Source: Lytechinus pictus
Taxonomy: Eukaryota
Direction: 5' to 3'
Assembly: GCF_037042905.1 (NCBI RefSeq)
Contig: NC_087245.1
Location: forward strand, 20,090,001-20,154,000
Length of the DNA stretch: 64,000 bases
Below are positions 1-13,398 of the stretch, in pieces. Positions within the stretch are counted from its first letter, which is position 1. Each line of letters opens with the position of its first letter. The position numbers and the translations under genes are program-made. Below the pieces are notes generated by a model, which saw only the letters and a program-made list of their open reading frames with translations, was not told where the DNA came from and ran no database searches.

Positions 1-57
1 AAAGAAAAAACGTACTGCCGTATTTTGGTTGCAAAAACGTACTGGTTGGCAGGTCTG
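1..57. mobile_element. Right end of a probable hAT-type MITE, truncated by the window edge
   Basis: Ends in GTTGGCAGGTCTG (reverse complement CAGACCTGCCAAC, a CAG-type terminus) with repeated AAAAACGTACTG subterminal motifs; the other end is not visible. Confidence 0.4.
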
Positions 58-1207
58 CCTGTGGTATATGCGCAAACTTTAACCTCATTCGAATACATGA
101 GTATCGACTAAAAAGGATCATGGAAATGAAAATTTACTTGCATAGTTTTCAACTCATGCCTCTGCCTGACGAAAATGACCATCTGAAAGCAAGAAACTTT
201 GGCATAAATATTCTTTATGCTGAGTGAAGGCCAAAAAATGAACGCTAAACAACCCAATTAACAACAAGAAGCTCTGGCAAATATCTTTTGAAGGCTCTGT
301 AAATATAGAGTCAACTTTTACACAATCATACCTTCTTAGAATTAATTACAACCACATGCTCAATATACTAACAAAGAGAGCCAACCACAATTACAAATTC
401 CTTCCATCACTTTGACAATTCCAATAACAGGAATCCATATTACGGTTCATAAGATATGAAATCAAGATCAGAATCTAGATGATTGACCAATCAACCTAAG
501 GGACCACCCCACCAAACATATTTTGACCAGCTTCATGGTATCAGATGCTTTCATACCCACAAATTACAAGAACTTATTCAGGCCTTACGGACTTTATAAT
601 TGATTTGTGCGTTTCACACCCACCTGAATTGGATAAAGTTTCAATGGTTATCAGCCAGCAGGAAGACTCATTCATTCTTATACAAAAAAATAGGCCCCCA
701 AAACAAATTCTTAACCTCATAATCATATCCACAGTTCTCGTAGTTTGCTTTCCCATTGCAAATATCCCTTTGACAGTAGGAAAATTCTTGCAAAAGTTCT
801 CATAATTTTTGAAAAAAATAATTACTTGAGCATATTTTTTGGGGGATATCATTGATTTGCTTGCAGGCTAAACAGCTGACATTTTCTGATCTGAGTAAAA
901 TTACCAATCGGAATATAACAGGTAATTTTTGTGACCAATTAGGTATGAAATTCCTTATTCATATCCAACTCACTGTATTTGTAGTAGGGATAAAAACTGA
1001 AAAATAAATAGCATAATGCAAGGTGCACATATCTGCAGTTGATGGTTTCCCCAATTACCTATTCCCCCCATAAAATACAGAAAAAATATATCTTACATCT
1101 TTATAGTACAAGGTTCATATAGTTAAAATATGGATTCTGTCAGTTACTTGCAATGCATCGTCATCTCGGCCCAGCATAAACATTTCTCACATCTGATGGC
1201 TACATGA

Positions 1208-1635
1208 GGCCGTTCTCATTATGCTTTCTCAAACTACTTTACTGGAAACCGATTCAGGAAACCAGTGTGGAAGATCACTTTGCTAGCGTTCCCACTTGAT
1301 CACACGAAAGAGGTTTTCAAAATCACTTCGCATAAAGCGATCTTGTTGCTATGGAAACACTCTCAGTGGGGTGGCACGTTTCGCGCAAAATTCAAAACCG
1401 CAGCGTAGGCATTCAACACCTATCGTGTGGAGTAGCGCGCTCAAAATGTGCGAAGATCGCTTCCTGAAGAACGGTTGTGTCCTCACGCTAAAACCAGTTT
1501 AACAAGGCAAAGCGATCTTGAAAACTACATCGCGAGGTGGTTTTCTGAACCGGTTTGGAAGATCGCTTCGACCGTTCTCACTACACATTAAACTAGTCTC
1601 CACTAAACTAGTTTAGGAAGGTAGTGAGAATAGTA
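1208..1635. mobile_element. Non-autonomous DNA transposon (MITE) with imperfect terminal inverted repeats
   Basis: Left CCGTTCTCATTATGCTTTCTCAAACTAC resembles the reverse complement of right CTAGTTTAGGAAGGTAGTGAGAATAG; internal AAGATCGCTT/AAGCGATCTT motifs occur in both orientations; CpG-rich relative to the flanks. Confidence 0.6.
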
Positions 1636-4444
1636 TCCATGATTAACATGGGCTGGTCAATGAGCAGTGTCAATGCAGTAACCTTGCCCCAGTGGACAGC
1701 TGACAGAAATCATATAACCTATAACATTCCTTGGTCAAGTATATTTATGCCAGTTCACTGCACTGTCAAAAATTTCAATATTCCAAAGGCAAATCCATAA
1801 TAATATCACTTCGCCATATCTCTAATACCCCTCTAGTACACCCCTAAGAGATTCTACGAACGTTAATTGCAAGTATATATCATTCCCTCAATAAAGCCAT
1901 CATTCATGGGCAGATCAATGAAGGTTCATTTGCGAAAGGAATCAACTCCATTTTCCAAGATAAAATTGTGATATCACGATATACTTTCAATGACTGATAA
2001 AGCAGGCTGCTCATCTGGTAGAACAGCGGCCCTTCAATTCAAGAACCCACATACCGGTAGATATAAAATAAAAACACAAAACGAAGGCACTGACTCTCTT
2101 TACTAAATCCCTCAGATGGGATGTAAAAATAAATCCTATGGTTGCATACCAGGGATCTCTCACTAATGAAACCCACTGATATACCACTAATAGCTATTAC
2201 TCCTCTTCAAAGCATCCGATTCTTCTCAAGAGTGAAATCATATTATACATTGACTTAGTGAAATATATGTTCTATAGTTTTCCCCATAGGAGATGCATCT
2301 TTTTTGCGAATGAATGCTCATTAAAAGCCCATTTTTTATTTCCTGTCTCTGGATTAATGTCTTTCTGGCATTCCATTTTTATGTAGGACTGCGAGACTCC
2401 AAGACTCTGTGGTAATGTTAGTGGACGTTTCTAATAAACCCCACTAATCATACTAATTCACTGGAAGTCTTCGGGCAAGGACTGTGCATACATCTTTGTG
2501 AAGTCTATTTGGCCTTCAAGGATATCTTCTCAAGCTCTAACAAAATTACAGATGAAATAGAGCTTGAGGGGGATGTGAAAAAAGTACAGGGAAAATCCAT
2601 TTCATAAACAAATGCTTGGATATATGAAATACTACTTTCAGATCAATTAATCCACCATGATGCCCTATCAATTATCCCGGACCTATATGCAATTAAGAAC
2701 GCAGTTAATCAGGGAGTTGTCATTGATTTATTGCAAATGACAAATGTACAGTGTAATTGTGTGCTTATAGCTCATCTTCGGTTTTAGTAGCACAATGATT
2801 ACGAATCTGAAAATGTCCACCTTGAATATTAGGATATGTGTTTACTGGATCATGTTAAGTTTTACTCATGATTTCAGGAGAATTTTCAATGTATTTCTGA
2901 AATGGGTGAATTAGAATGGTCACTTATAATCTGTCCTCAGGTAAATTGACCATTGGCTCTCTGATATGTGAACAATCCCATAGCCATTCAGTCACTGTGC
3001 AAGAGATCCTCCAATGGTTCTGGTTCACATGAATGCATCACTAGGAATAGCACTGTGCATCTTTGAGCACGTTGGCCAAAAAGAATATTTTCAAAGACTG
3101 TCTTGGCCCTTTTAACCCCAATTTGTCTATCATTCATCTTGATGAGGAAATACAATACAATACATTAGTGTTTTGTATACCGTTAGGTAAAGACTATAGC
3201 AAAACAAAATTTAAAAATTTATAAAACCTTACCAATTTCTTACCATTTATACAATATTGAGAAAATTTGAATAACTTTGAAAACTGTTGGATATTTTACA
3301 TAGGTCTTCATGTCTGAAATATCTTTAAATAAAAAAAATAACCAAAGCCAATCATGAAATAACCCATTAGGAAAATAGAAATCTGATAAAACAGGACAAT
3401 ATTTAGTCTCCCTAGTACAGTGTCAGAATTAAAAAGATATGTCCAATCTTTCGAAAAGTGAAATTGATTAAAAGTTTTACGATGTTTCAGTCGTAAAACA
3501 TCCTCCCAACATCCTAACCAGACATAGGAATACAAGAAATAGAAACCAAATTTGCCATGTTTAGGTCTTTTCTAATTTTCCTCACGGCTGTGATAGCTTG
3601 GCTTGTATACACACAGCGCACAATATTCAGCCGCCTTTTTAAACAGCTAGATCGCTTTCACAAGGGCCAGCGTGCAACGAGTTTGCTCAGCACTTGGCAG
3701 GGACAAGTCTTTGCACAAGATACAACTCCGAACCGGTCACGTTTCTCATACGCCTGCAGTATGTACTCAGCACACACTGAGCCAAAGCCCTGTAGAATAC
3801 ACAGAAGGGCTGCAGTGACTACACAGCAGCCAACGCCAAGTGCTACCGGTGGGACTGAGTAATGAATGTTGGATGGAGAAGGGGGGGGGGGGGATCTTAC
3901 AGTATTTTGCTGGAAGTATTTTGGAACCTATTATGACACTCTAACGCTACACCTTTTGAAGGGGCTTTCAAGAGGTGTGGGGGCAAGATGCTAGTGGATG
4001 ATGGAAGTGGCAACGGAAATTCCTTGGCTAAGCGTCTCTTACACATACCAATGAAGGAAACGTCCATTTTGTTGATGACCAATCTTCTTCAGTCCACCTT
4101 GCTTTTCGGGCCCTAGCAAACACTTGCATAGATCTCCAATTCTTAAATTACTCTACTAGAATGACAATTGACCACTTAGAGGAATAGAGCAACTAAAAAT
4201 GAATGAAAACCATCAAACTCATGTTAAAGAAGATCAGACATCGAGACTTGTTCTTGAAAGAAGAAAAATTTGTAGGGGCTATAGAATATTGTGATGTCAC
4301 AAAAATAGGTCTTGTAACTTGCAAAAGAGAATTTGTAGAGGATTCATTAACTACATATAGAACATTTTGACACCCATATATTAGAAATGGATTTGAATTC
4401 TTATCTTTTCAATGACATTTAGAAACTTACAGAAGTTTTAAAGA

Positions 4445-4656
4445 GCCATTGACTTGATTAGATGGCAAGATATTTTGCTAAGACTAGCTATCTTGCAAAG
4501 TCGACTAAATAGCCTTATGTCGACATGGCTAGATGTTATCCTGCCAAGTTGAATTAAATGAAAGTTGTATGTCAACTTTACAACACAAAGCTGTAATAAG
4601 GCTATTAAGTTGACTTGGAAATATAAAATATCTTGTTATCTTGTCAAGTCGATGGC
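4445..4656. mobile_element. Degenerate fold-back MITE
   Basis: GCCATTGACTTGATTAGATGGCAAGATATTTT (4445) pairs imperfectly with AAAATATCTTGTTATCTTGTCAAGTCGATGGC (ends 4656); internal AAGTCGAC/GTCGAC-like motifs recur. Confidence 0.55.
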
Positions 4657-5830
4657 ACTAGTTTTCAAGCTTCCAAGTCGACTATAGTGGTAAATTTATA
4701 AATAAAGGTGATATTATGGAGGGGAAGATGATGGTATAATGTTGTGAAGGTAACATGTTTTGTAGAAAAGGGGAAAAGTACTTAACATGAATTAGAGGAT
4801 GATTGCAGCAGGAGATCTATGAATCTTAAAAACTCATCTTTGCAAAGTAATATGATTATCTAAAATACTCAAATGAACTAAACGGCACATTTATTATCTA
4901 AAACCTCTTCTCATCCAATGTATTTGTTGTGCTGTTCAAATATTTATACCTTTATGGAATGACTTTATTCAGATGACAAAATTGATCTCGAGCTACGATG
5001 GCTCATTAAATACAGCCTTGACAACAATATGGCAATCAATTAAAGGGCAACATTCACAATCAAACAAAAAGACAGCATCAAATGGAATAAAAGAATGTTG
5101 TTGCTCAAAGTGCATTTTACCAAGTATGTGCATTCAATATCCGTTCTTCAACGGCCATGATCTCCCTACTTTTGATGAATGCTGAAAGCGTACAATAAAC
5201 CTGATCAATATTGATGCCCTGGTACTTGGGGTGTTAAAAAGAGAGATTAATACCTACAAAAGCAGAGATATGTATGCCTCACACACCTATGAGGAAAGAA
5301 AGTACATTCAACTCCCAGCAGAACCATTGGAATAATTAATGCCAACATGATGATACAATTCCATTTATTTCTTTGCAACTCTAATTTTGTGTTACCCTTT
5401 CACCATCTACTTCATTCCAATTTAAATTCTGCTGGCTGTGGAACGCACAAAGCATGTTTTGAATATTTAATCACCCACAGAATATGTGGTAATGGCACGC
5501 CAAAAAGAAAGTGGCTGGTCCCTCGCATTGCTCTGCACGTACCTGCACGTAATTCCCGCTGAAAGCAAATTGAATAGAGCTTTTTACTATCAATTCTGCA
5601 ATGGACAGTCTGGAATATAATGATTATTTTCTATTTTCACAAAGAAAAACTGCCAGGTTAAAACAACACTTGGCCAAAGAGATTTTATAGTGAGGAAAAA
5701 TATTGAACTAGGTACAACAAAACTTTTTACTCTGATATTTTAATGGAACTCTGAAGAGCTTAAAAAAGATTTCATATCATTTGTTTCAAATATCTATGAT
5801 CTCCAGCATCAATGAAGAGGGAATATTTAT

Positions 5831-6478
5831 ATAATATTGACTGGCCTTGAGGGGAACATCAAATATGTTGCCCGCAACTGAATCACATTGGCCTGAGCCT
5901 TTAGGCGAGGGCAATATGGGTCTTTTAAGGGCAACCTATTTGATGTTTCCCGAAAGAGCCAGTCAATATTATTATTACCTACAGCTGTATAATGTGTAAT
6001 TCAAGCTATAATTTGGAACAATTTATATGCCTGATTGCCTATCACTACTTCTGTCAGGTCATTCACGATCTTGGCGAATTAATCCTCGCTAAGCATTGTG
6101 ACGTAAATTGTTACTGAGCAGTCGCGCATTATGCATAGTGCGCACATACATTTAACGTGTAAAAATCTTGCGCTTGGGTTTGATCAGCTGGGAATGTGTA
6201 TGCACTGGCCGCGTCGCGTATTATCTACAATGCGTTGGTTCACAAACTGGTTCCAACCAGATTTCGCAAATACTGAAAGTAGCGATCATAATCGACTCCT
6301 TCTGCGCAAGTGTACTAGCAGAAATATGACCAATATTGCTCTCTGTTTTTGTACAGTATTCCTATAGGCAAAGGGGAGGGCAACATGGCAAATGTTTACC
6401 CCGTTGGCTTCGGATTGAAAGTAGCGAGCGAAATATGACATTTATCTATCTGCTAAAATGCCTTGTATAGGTAATAAT
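5831..6478. mobile_element. Non-autonomous element with a ~140-bp terminal palindrome (possibly Crypton-like)
   Basis: 5831-5972 is an imperfect palindrome (ATAATATTGACTGGC/GCCAGTCAATATTAT, AACATCAAAT/ATTTGATGTT, GTTGCCC/GGGCAAC). ATTATTACCTA (5971) is the inverse of TAGGTAATAAT (6468-6478). The interior is CpG-rich. The family assignment is from recollection only. Confidence 0.5.
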
Positions 6479-9011
6479 TCTAAATAAACCCACCCCACAG
6501 TAGGGAATATAAAAAAAGTAGCGAAGTACCAACTGAAAAAAAAAATTGACAGTGATAAAATAGAGATACTTTTACTGCTTCTACATGTAAATATAAATAA
6601 AATAGTAAAAGGGCGATAAAACAAAAGTACTTTAACAATAATAATAATATGGACCATTTATAAATGAAAAGTTAGGGGTAAAGCCCATTCCTCTCTCTCT
6701 CTCTCTCCTGGTAATAGACCCCTTTTCACATGTATGAAAGAAGTAGCCAGGTGTCCATATTCATATCAATTCAGTTATTAAATCCCCCTCCTCAGATTAC
6801 AATAGCAGGAGGGAAGGGACTTCAAAGCAATACATAGCACTAAGCAATAACATGGTTTGACAGTGCCCATGATCATCATTGACATGTGAATTACTGGTAG
6901 AGTGTAAACACTGCAACTGACTCCCCCCCCCCCCTCCCTCCCCCCCCCCCCCCCCTCCTCCTCCTCCTCCTTTCCCCATGCAGTACAACATCAGGTATGA
7001 CTTTTCTTCGAGTCTGACACTGAAATACAGTGTATTATGGTTTTATGGAGTAAATTTTACATCTATTTTATGACAGATATTATTGAATCTAATTTTGAAT
7101 TTAAGGTGTATACTTTCCTGAAAAAACCCTCTTTTTTCGTATTTAAACTACTGTTTCATATTCAAAGTTTTGTTTGTATAAAGGCTCGAATTATGACATA
7201 TTCCCATCATTTTTGCCGATTCTTCCTCTCACCTCCCCTCCAACAACATCCATTTTTTTTCTTTCTCTCTCATTACACAACAATAGAATTATTTGATAAC
7301 ACAATTTATTTAGTATTTTCTAGACAAAACAAGAGATGTTTATGAATTTTCAATGGATTATTTTGTACAGTCCCTAACTTTAATTAAAATGTCTCCCAGA
7401 TAGTATTAGTGTATGTTTTTCTTCAAGGCTATAAATACAGGGGGCATTTAACTATATATCATTGTCTACATGCAGGATGAAAAATAAATTGTTTCTCATC
7501 TTGTAAAGATGCAATACATTGCATGTCAAGTGTGTCAAAATGCTGCCCAAAAATGAGAAAAAGGTGGGGGTAAGAGATTAGGCAAAAATCAAGGAAAAAC
7601 AATATTTTCCTCAAGAAGTTTATATTTTTTCTCTTAAAGTCTGATTTTTTTGGGGGGGGGCATCTCAAATCCTTGAAAATAGACATGTTCTTAAGGTTTA
7701 GCACTTGTTTAGGCAATAAAATTTACAAAGAAAGCACAATGAAACTTCAAAAAATGGAAAGTATAGTCAAGTGGCCTAGCCCCCCCCCCCCCCCCCCCCC
7801 CCAAATGGCTGTTATGAAAAGAACACTAATGCATTCAACTTTATGCCTTGTTTGATATGACTGTCAAAATGCTCTTACCAAGAACAGGTTTCATTTTTAT
7901 TTCTTCTTTTCCATTTCCAGTTCATTAAAACCTGAACCTTTAAAACAAGGTTTGACACTATTGAGATAATACATGAAATACAATGTAATATTCAGCACCC
8001 CCTGCTACAGAATGAGGATAGGAAATAGTCAAACCAATTCATGCCATACAGGTGCGTCATGTTACATGTTTCCATCTCTCTTTTCTCTTGGGTTTCACAC
8101 TCATATGTGATTGTTATGCTCCAAACATGAGGACCTTTAAGTAATGGAGAACAGGCAGTATGCATATCTAAATTTGTCATACCCCATGCTTACTTAAGTA
8201 ATATAACGTTTGTCAAACAGAGTGACACGCATCTGAACCTTCTTTCTCCTCCTATGACATCACTGTCTAAAACAGAAACTTCTTTCTTCTCGTTTTATGC
8301 GCAGAACAAACAAAGAATAAAGCATATCCTCCACACTTCACACCCTTGTACTACATATTACCGCCATTGACAATTTTAGTCATTCTAAGACGTTTTATTC
8401 TTCAGACGATAAAAGACAAAGAGGGTTGAGCGTGAAAGTCCAAGGGAATGCAATAAGACAAGTGGCATTGCATGGTGCAAACTCGCAAAAACAAACTCTC
8501 TTGTTTGGCCAAAATGCTCTTATCAAAACATCCGGGCATGACTGCAAATAGGAATTGCTCCAACAGAAGCCTGAAACTAAATGAATTACCAAGCATGGTA
8601 AACAAAACAGATATATGCATGAAAAAAAAAATTATCCCTTCGAAAACAGAGAGGGAGAGCAAGAGAGAGAAACCCCATTCACGCTACAATACTTTTCCCC
8701 GGTACACACTAACTTGAGCTTTTGAAACTTGCCATATTTCCACTTCCTGAAGATAGAATAGCACTCCTGAATTTGGATAGCCTTCAAGCGAAGAACTTGA
8801 GTGTTACTAATTCAGATAATGAAATGTTCATGACTACTCAGAACATTTTCAATGTAATATGAACATGCTCTTCAATTTAGGCATGATACATTACCAGTTC
8901 TCATTGCAAGGTTTAGTTCGCACTAGACCGCACCATCTTGCACAAAGCATCCCAAGGAGAGTGACCAAGAATATACCAATGAGACATTAGATAGGCCTAT
9001 ACCAAAGTAGA

Positions 9012-9320
9012 TCCATACCACTTTCAGTGCAAAGATATCAGTGTTGTAGTGCCTTGATGCTCGGCCTTGGCCTTAAGGCGCCTTAAGGCCTACTTTTTCA
9101 AAGCCTTGGCCTTGGAGGTTTGAGCCTTGACTACAACACTGAAAGATATTGCACTCCGCCCACATATACCATGTCAATGAGAACATGATCAGGAAAACTG
9201 CAGGAAGGAAAACTGCAGGAAGGAAGAAAGCAAGTATTGGTAGTTCCATACCACTTTCAGTGGAGAGATATTGCACCTTAGTACCTTGTCAGTGAGAACA
9301 GGGTCAGGGAAACTGCAGGA
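9012..9320. repeat. Local tandem duplication of ~130 bp; the first copy is interrupted by the hAT MITE
   Basis: TCCATACCACTTTCAGTG..AGATATTGCAC..TGTCA.TGAGAACA...TCAGG.AAACTGCAGGA occurs at ~9012 and ~9245. Confidence 0.75.
9039..9141. mobile_element. 103-bp hAT-superfamily MITE
   Basis: 12-bp TIRs CAGTGTTGTAGT/ACTACAACACTG; perfect 8-bp TSD AAAGATAT at 9031-9038 and 9142-9149; internal GCCTT repeats. Confidence 0.85.
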
Positions 9321-11979
9321 CAGAGAAAAGCAGGTGTAGTGATCTTTTGTAAATAACCCATTTCCTTCAATGAGGTGAAACAAAAACATTCTTCAACACC
9401 TCCATATCTTATTATTTCCCATTCTCGTTGATTCACCTTCCATTTATGTCAAAATTGTTAAAAAGCCGAGAATGGATTCATGCAAGCAAATACTGCAATT
9501 TTGAAAACAACTCTTGGAACAATGAGATACATGTAGGCCTATATATTTCCACGTAGATCACTTGTTTTAATCATTTATGAAATATTGAATATGGGTATAT
9601 ATATAAAGTTCATGAATACACAAATAAAACAATTTTCTGTATGAAAGCAGAACACTAACTTTGGAAGACTTAATGAATAAAGATTAACTGTATACTACTA
9701 ATCATCCATCTACTTCACACACCTTCTACAAATCCATCACACAAAAACCGTTTCAATGATGACATTCATGAGCACATGAAACCGAGTCGTAATAACCACA
9801 ATGTTTGGTGCTTTACTGATGCCAACAGGCAGACAAGGGCTTAATGTCCTAGTTTGCTTTCATACCCTTGTTCCAGCAAGCGAGGGGGTCGACTTGGAAC
9901 GCTCGCTCGCTGACATTTTGGCGAAAGTCTCCATAGATCAATCCCGTTGAGCAATGACACGTGAACAAATGTTGAATGGCAACCATAGCCAATGTGATGC
10001 CTTCCATTTACAACCCCCGACACAGTCCCACTAACTGCTTTACCTGTCGGCTACATCTGCTGCCCATTCTTCGGCTAAGCATTCTGATTGTCAAATTGCA
10101 AATTTGACACACATACTTCTGCAGTGAATGCTTTGGTTAATAACAATGCTACCCATTGACAGTGACTAATTTCCTCACTGTAGATGTTATTCTGTCAATC
10201 AATGATTTTCATAAATGAATGCATGCCCCAGACATAAACTTTTATGAGATTTCACAAATTTGAAAAATATTTTTATTTGAACTCGTCTCTTTCCAATATG
10301 AAAGATACCATGAAAGTCAGGTGCATGTGTCTGACTGCTTCACAAAGTTCAATCAATTTACATGTAGAATAAGCCTCAGGTTAAAAAATCATATCACCTC
10401 GCAACCGTACATGCAAAAATGTTGATATTTACGATGACAGACAGCTTTGCAACATTGACTGTGAAAAGCTTGGTTTTCAAGGGAAAATATTTTAAATGTC
10501 AATTATTTCATGTCACTATCAGCAAATTTCTCATTTCCAACAATAATTTTGGACTTTCAGTAATATAATCTTCGTTTGAAATCATTGAAACAGTCAATCA
10601 AACATAATTTCCTTTCCATATTGTTTAATATCTATATGATTATGAGAATGAACCAGGCAACCGGGTTTATTCACCCCACTGAACAGTTCAAATCTTTGTT
10701 ACTATATAACACCACTATTAAAATAACAGCAATAACTTAGCAGATGATCATCATCGACTTGATATAAAAACCAATTTTTGGTCTGCATTGAGTGAAAGAT
10801 ATTTTAACCCATTCAAAATGTGACAATTGGCTTGACACTTGAACCTAGGGTTTGAAAGTGGTGCATGAACAAAGCGTTGCATTCTCGGCCTTGACTCTGC
10901 GAAGTAAATCAAGGCCTCTCCCTGAATGTCCACAGACACCAATTGCCCAGCGTTGATAGCTGTGTTTTCTTATTCCTGTAACATAATTGTGGTTGCGCCA
11001 TGGAGACGGGGCTGTGAGTGGGTCAATTAATAAAATATCATATTGATATTAAATTCATGAAAGCTGGTGTAACATGTGCTAAAAAGAAGAGGGAAAGAGT
11101 GACAAAGTTTGTTGTGGTAATGATAGTGACAGACATATATAGGATTAATGAGGATGACAAACTGTTAGCACTTTACTTCTCCTCTCTCTCTTGCCTCCAT
11201 CCTACCCTCCCTATCTCTCTTATTCTTCCTCTCATGCTCGTCCAGTCTCCCTATCCTTCTTTCCTTTCTTCTTTACTCGTCCTTTTTATGTTTGTCTCCC
11301 TATTTTAACGCATGAACCCAGGACCAATACAATTTACATTCATGCATCCTCATTTAAACGAATGTAATTTCCATCTAAATTGGGACACAAATAGATGCAT
11401 GGCACTTACAGGACTAGGTTTCCATTTTGAAATGATAGAATAATATTTCTTTTTATTACAGAGCAATGCCCATCTGTTCAATTGATAAAGACAGAAAGAT
11501 CCTCAGGCAAACAGAGAGAATTGAATTAACAAAATAGATTGAATCCATTTGAGCAGTAAAATGTAATATAGTGGGAAATGGCGGACATTGCCATGAAAGA
11601 GAATAGAAAGAGAGAGAGAGAGGGTTCCAAAATGTCTTTCGTGCACACATACAGTCCTGTGAAGCAGAATCCGAAGGTTCTTAGTAAACTGGTTTTCTTT
11701 GGTCCCACAAACTCTGAACACTGCATTGTACACAATTTGTGTAATCAATACAATCGGGGCATATTCCCTACCCCTGAGCGGAGCGCCACAATGGTAATAT
11801 GACCATGCCCTACTTGCCAGCCACCCCACTACAGTGTGAGCCCGATTTTCTGGGGCAAAATGGTCCATTTCGCGCGTTTCCATCTGTTTGACATCTCTAT
11901 TGTGCCACTCCATCTCTTCTGAGTTCTATAAATATATATCTCAGAGTTTTTCCAGGCGAGTGCTGAGGTCCACAGTTAC

Positions 11980-12057
11980 CCAAACCAGGCTTTATTGTGT
12001 CGTCCTGCTGGAGGCTTGGAGCAAAATTTCTGATCTGGTAGTCGCGTTCAGGATTTC
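11980..12057 (-). CDS. Probable internal exon 3 of the large minus-strand gene, (G)NPERDYQIRNFAPSLQQDDTIKPGL
   Basis: Acceptor ttttgtaatggctctacag|GAAATCC, donor TTGG|gtaact; 78 nt, phase 1 to phase 1. Only the phase-1 frame is open, matching the upstream exons. Confidence 0.45.
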
Positions 12058-12567
12058 CTGTAGAGCCATTACAAAACTAACAATGAATTTGAATATGAAA
12101 AGTACAACCTGGTCATAACACCATCATGATTGGTAGTCTACAGTTGCAGTCCTTTAAAGAACTCACAAGTCATCTCAAAATACCTATGAATATTTACCCC
12201 AAATTTACCAACAAAACACATATTCACAAAATGAATTATCCACAGAAACAGATACAATTGCAATTTATAAAGTTTGTGTAATACATGTACAATACTTCAT
12301 AGTATGACCATCTACCATTCATTTAATATTATTTGTGAACTGAGAGAGGCAAAGATTTACCAATGTCCATAGGACAAGTTATTGAATGTTATTGAAATTA
12401 GGCCCGGTTATTTCATAACTAATGTAGATAGCAAGATCTACATCACAGGAATAACTTCATATTGTTAAAATGATTTTCAAAATCCAATCCATTTGATTCT
12501 TTATCATTGAAATTGATTTTATTTCTCTACATTATATGCCTGAAACCCTTGATTTGCCAACCTTTAA

Positions 12568-13398
12568 AGGACAAGTCAACCCCAACAAAATGTTGATTTG
12601 AATAAAAAGAGAAAAAAATCCAGCGAACATAACACAGAAAATTTCATCAAAATCGGATGTAAAATAAGAAAGTTATGACATTTTTAAGTTTCGCTTCATT
12701 TCCCATAATAGTTATATGCACATCCCGGTCGGTATGCAAATGAGGGAACTGATGACATCACTCACTTTTCTTTTCTTTTGTATTCTATTATATGAAGTAT
12801 GAAATATTCTAATTTTCTCCTCATTGTCCTGTGAATCAAAGTTTTATTTCTCCCTGCACATGTGGAATTACCATTATTTCACATTATATGGTTCAGTCAA
12901 GTTGGTCCTTATTGTCAAATCTGTAAAAATTGAAATATTGTATAATTCAAATAATAAAAAACAAAAGAAAAAGTGAGTGAGGGACATTATCGATTCTCTC
13001 ATTTGCATGTGACTAAATTGTGCATATAACTATTTTGAGAAAAATAAGCGAAACTTTAAAATTGTATTTCAATGTTATTTGTTGTTCGCTCTTTATGTAC
13101 ATGTATGTATTATATTAATTTGTATTTGATTGTACCATGGTGGTGCCCCACTCACAAGTTTTTTTTTAATGAAAACTTCTAGGGGCTCCCAATCCCATGT
13201 TTTTACCTAATTTGTATATACCTGTATTTTTATGATTGATTGATTGATTGAAATAAATTTTGAATTGAATTGAATTGAATTGAATTGAATTGAAACTTTC
13301 TTATTTCATATCCGATTTTGTTGAAATTTTCATCATTATGCTTGTCTAATTTTTCTCTGTTGATTCAAATCAACATTTTTATGAGGTGGACTTGACCT
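12568..13398 (+). mobile_element. TTAA-flanked MITE family A (Kolobok/piggyBac-type target), with a nested LINE fragment
   Basis: TTAA|AGGACAAGTCAACC ... GGTGGACTTGACCT|TTAA; long imperfect TIRs; homologous to copies at 34231, 35550, 47811, 52987 and 62190. Confidence 0.85.
13063..13293 (+). mobile_element. 5'-truncated LINE-type 3' end with a (TTGAA)n tail, inserted in the MITE
   Basis: Absent from the 34231 copy at the homologous position; has a GGTGCCCC...GGGGCTCC stem-loop, AATAAA, then a (TTGAA)n tail as in CR1/L2-type 3' ends. Confidence 0.65.

Noticed and set aside
3474..3499. Hairpin GTTTTACGA-8nt-TCGTAAAAC followed by ATCC, superficially miR-30-like
   Set aside because: The stem is only 9 bp and the seed does not match; too short for a pre-miRNA.
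11503..11913. 136-aa minus-strand ORF
   Set aside because: No recognisable domain, runs through a (CT)n repeat, and has no convincing acceptor in that frame.
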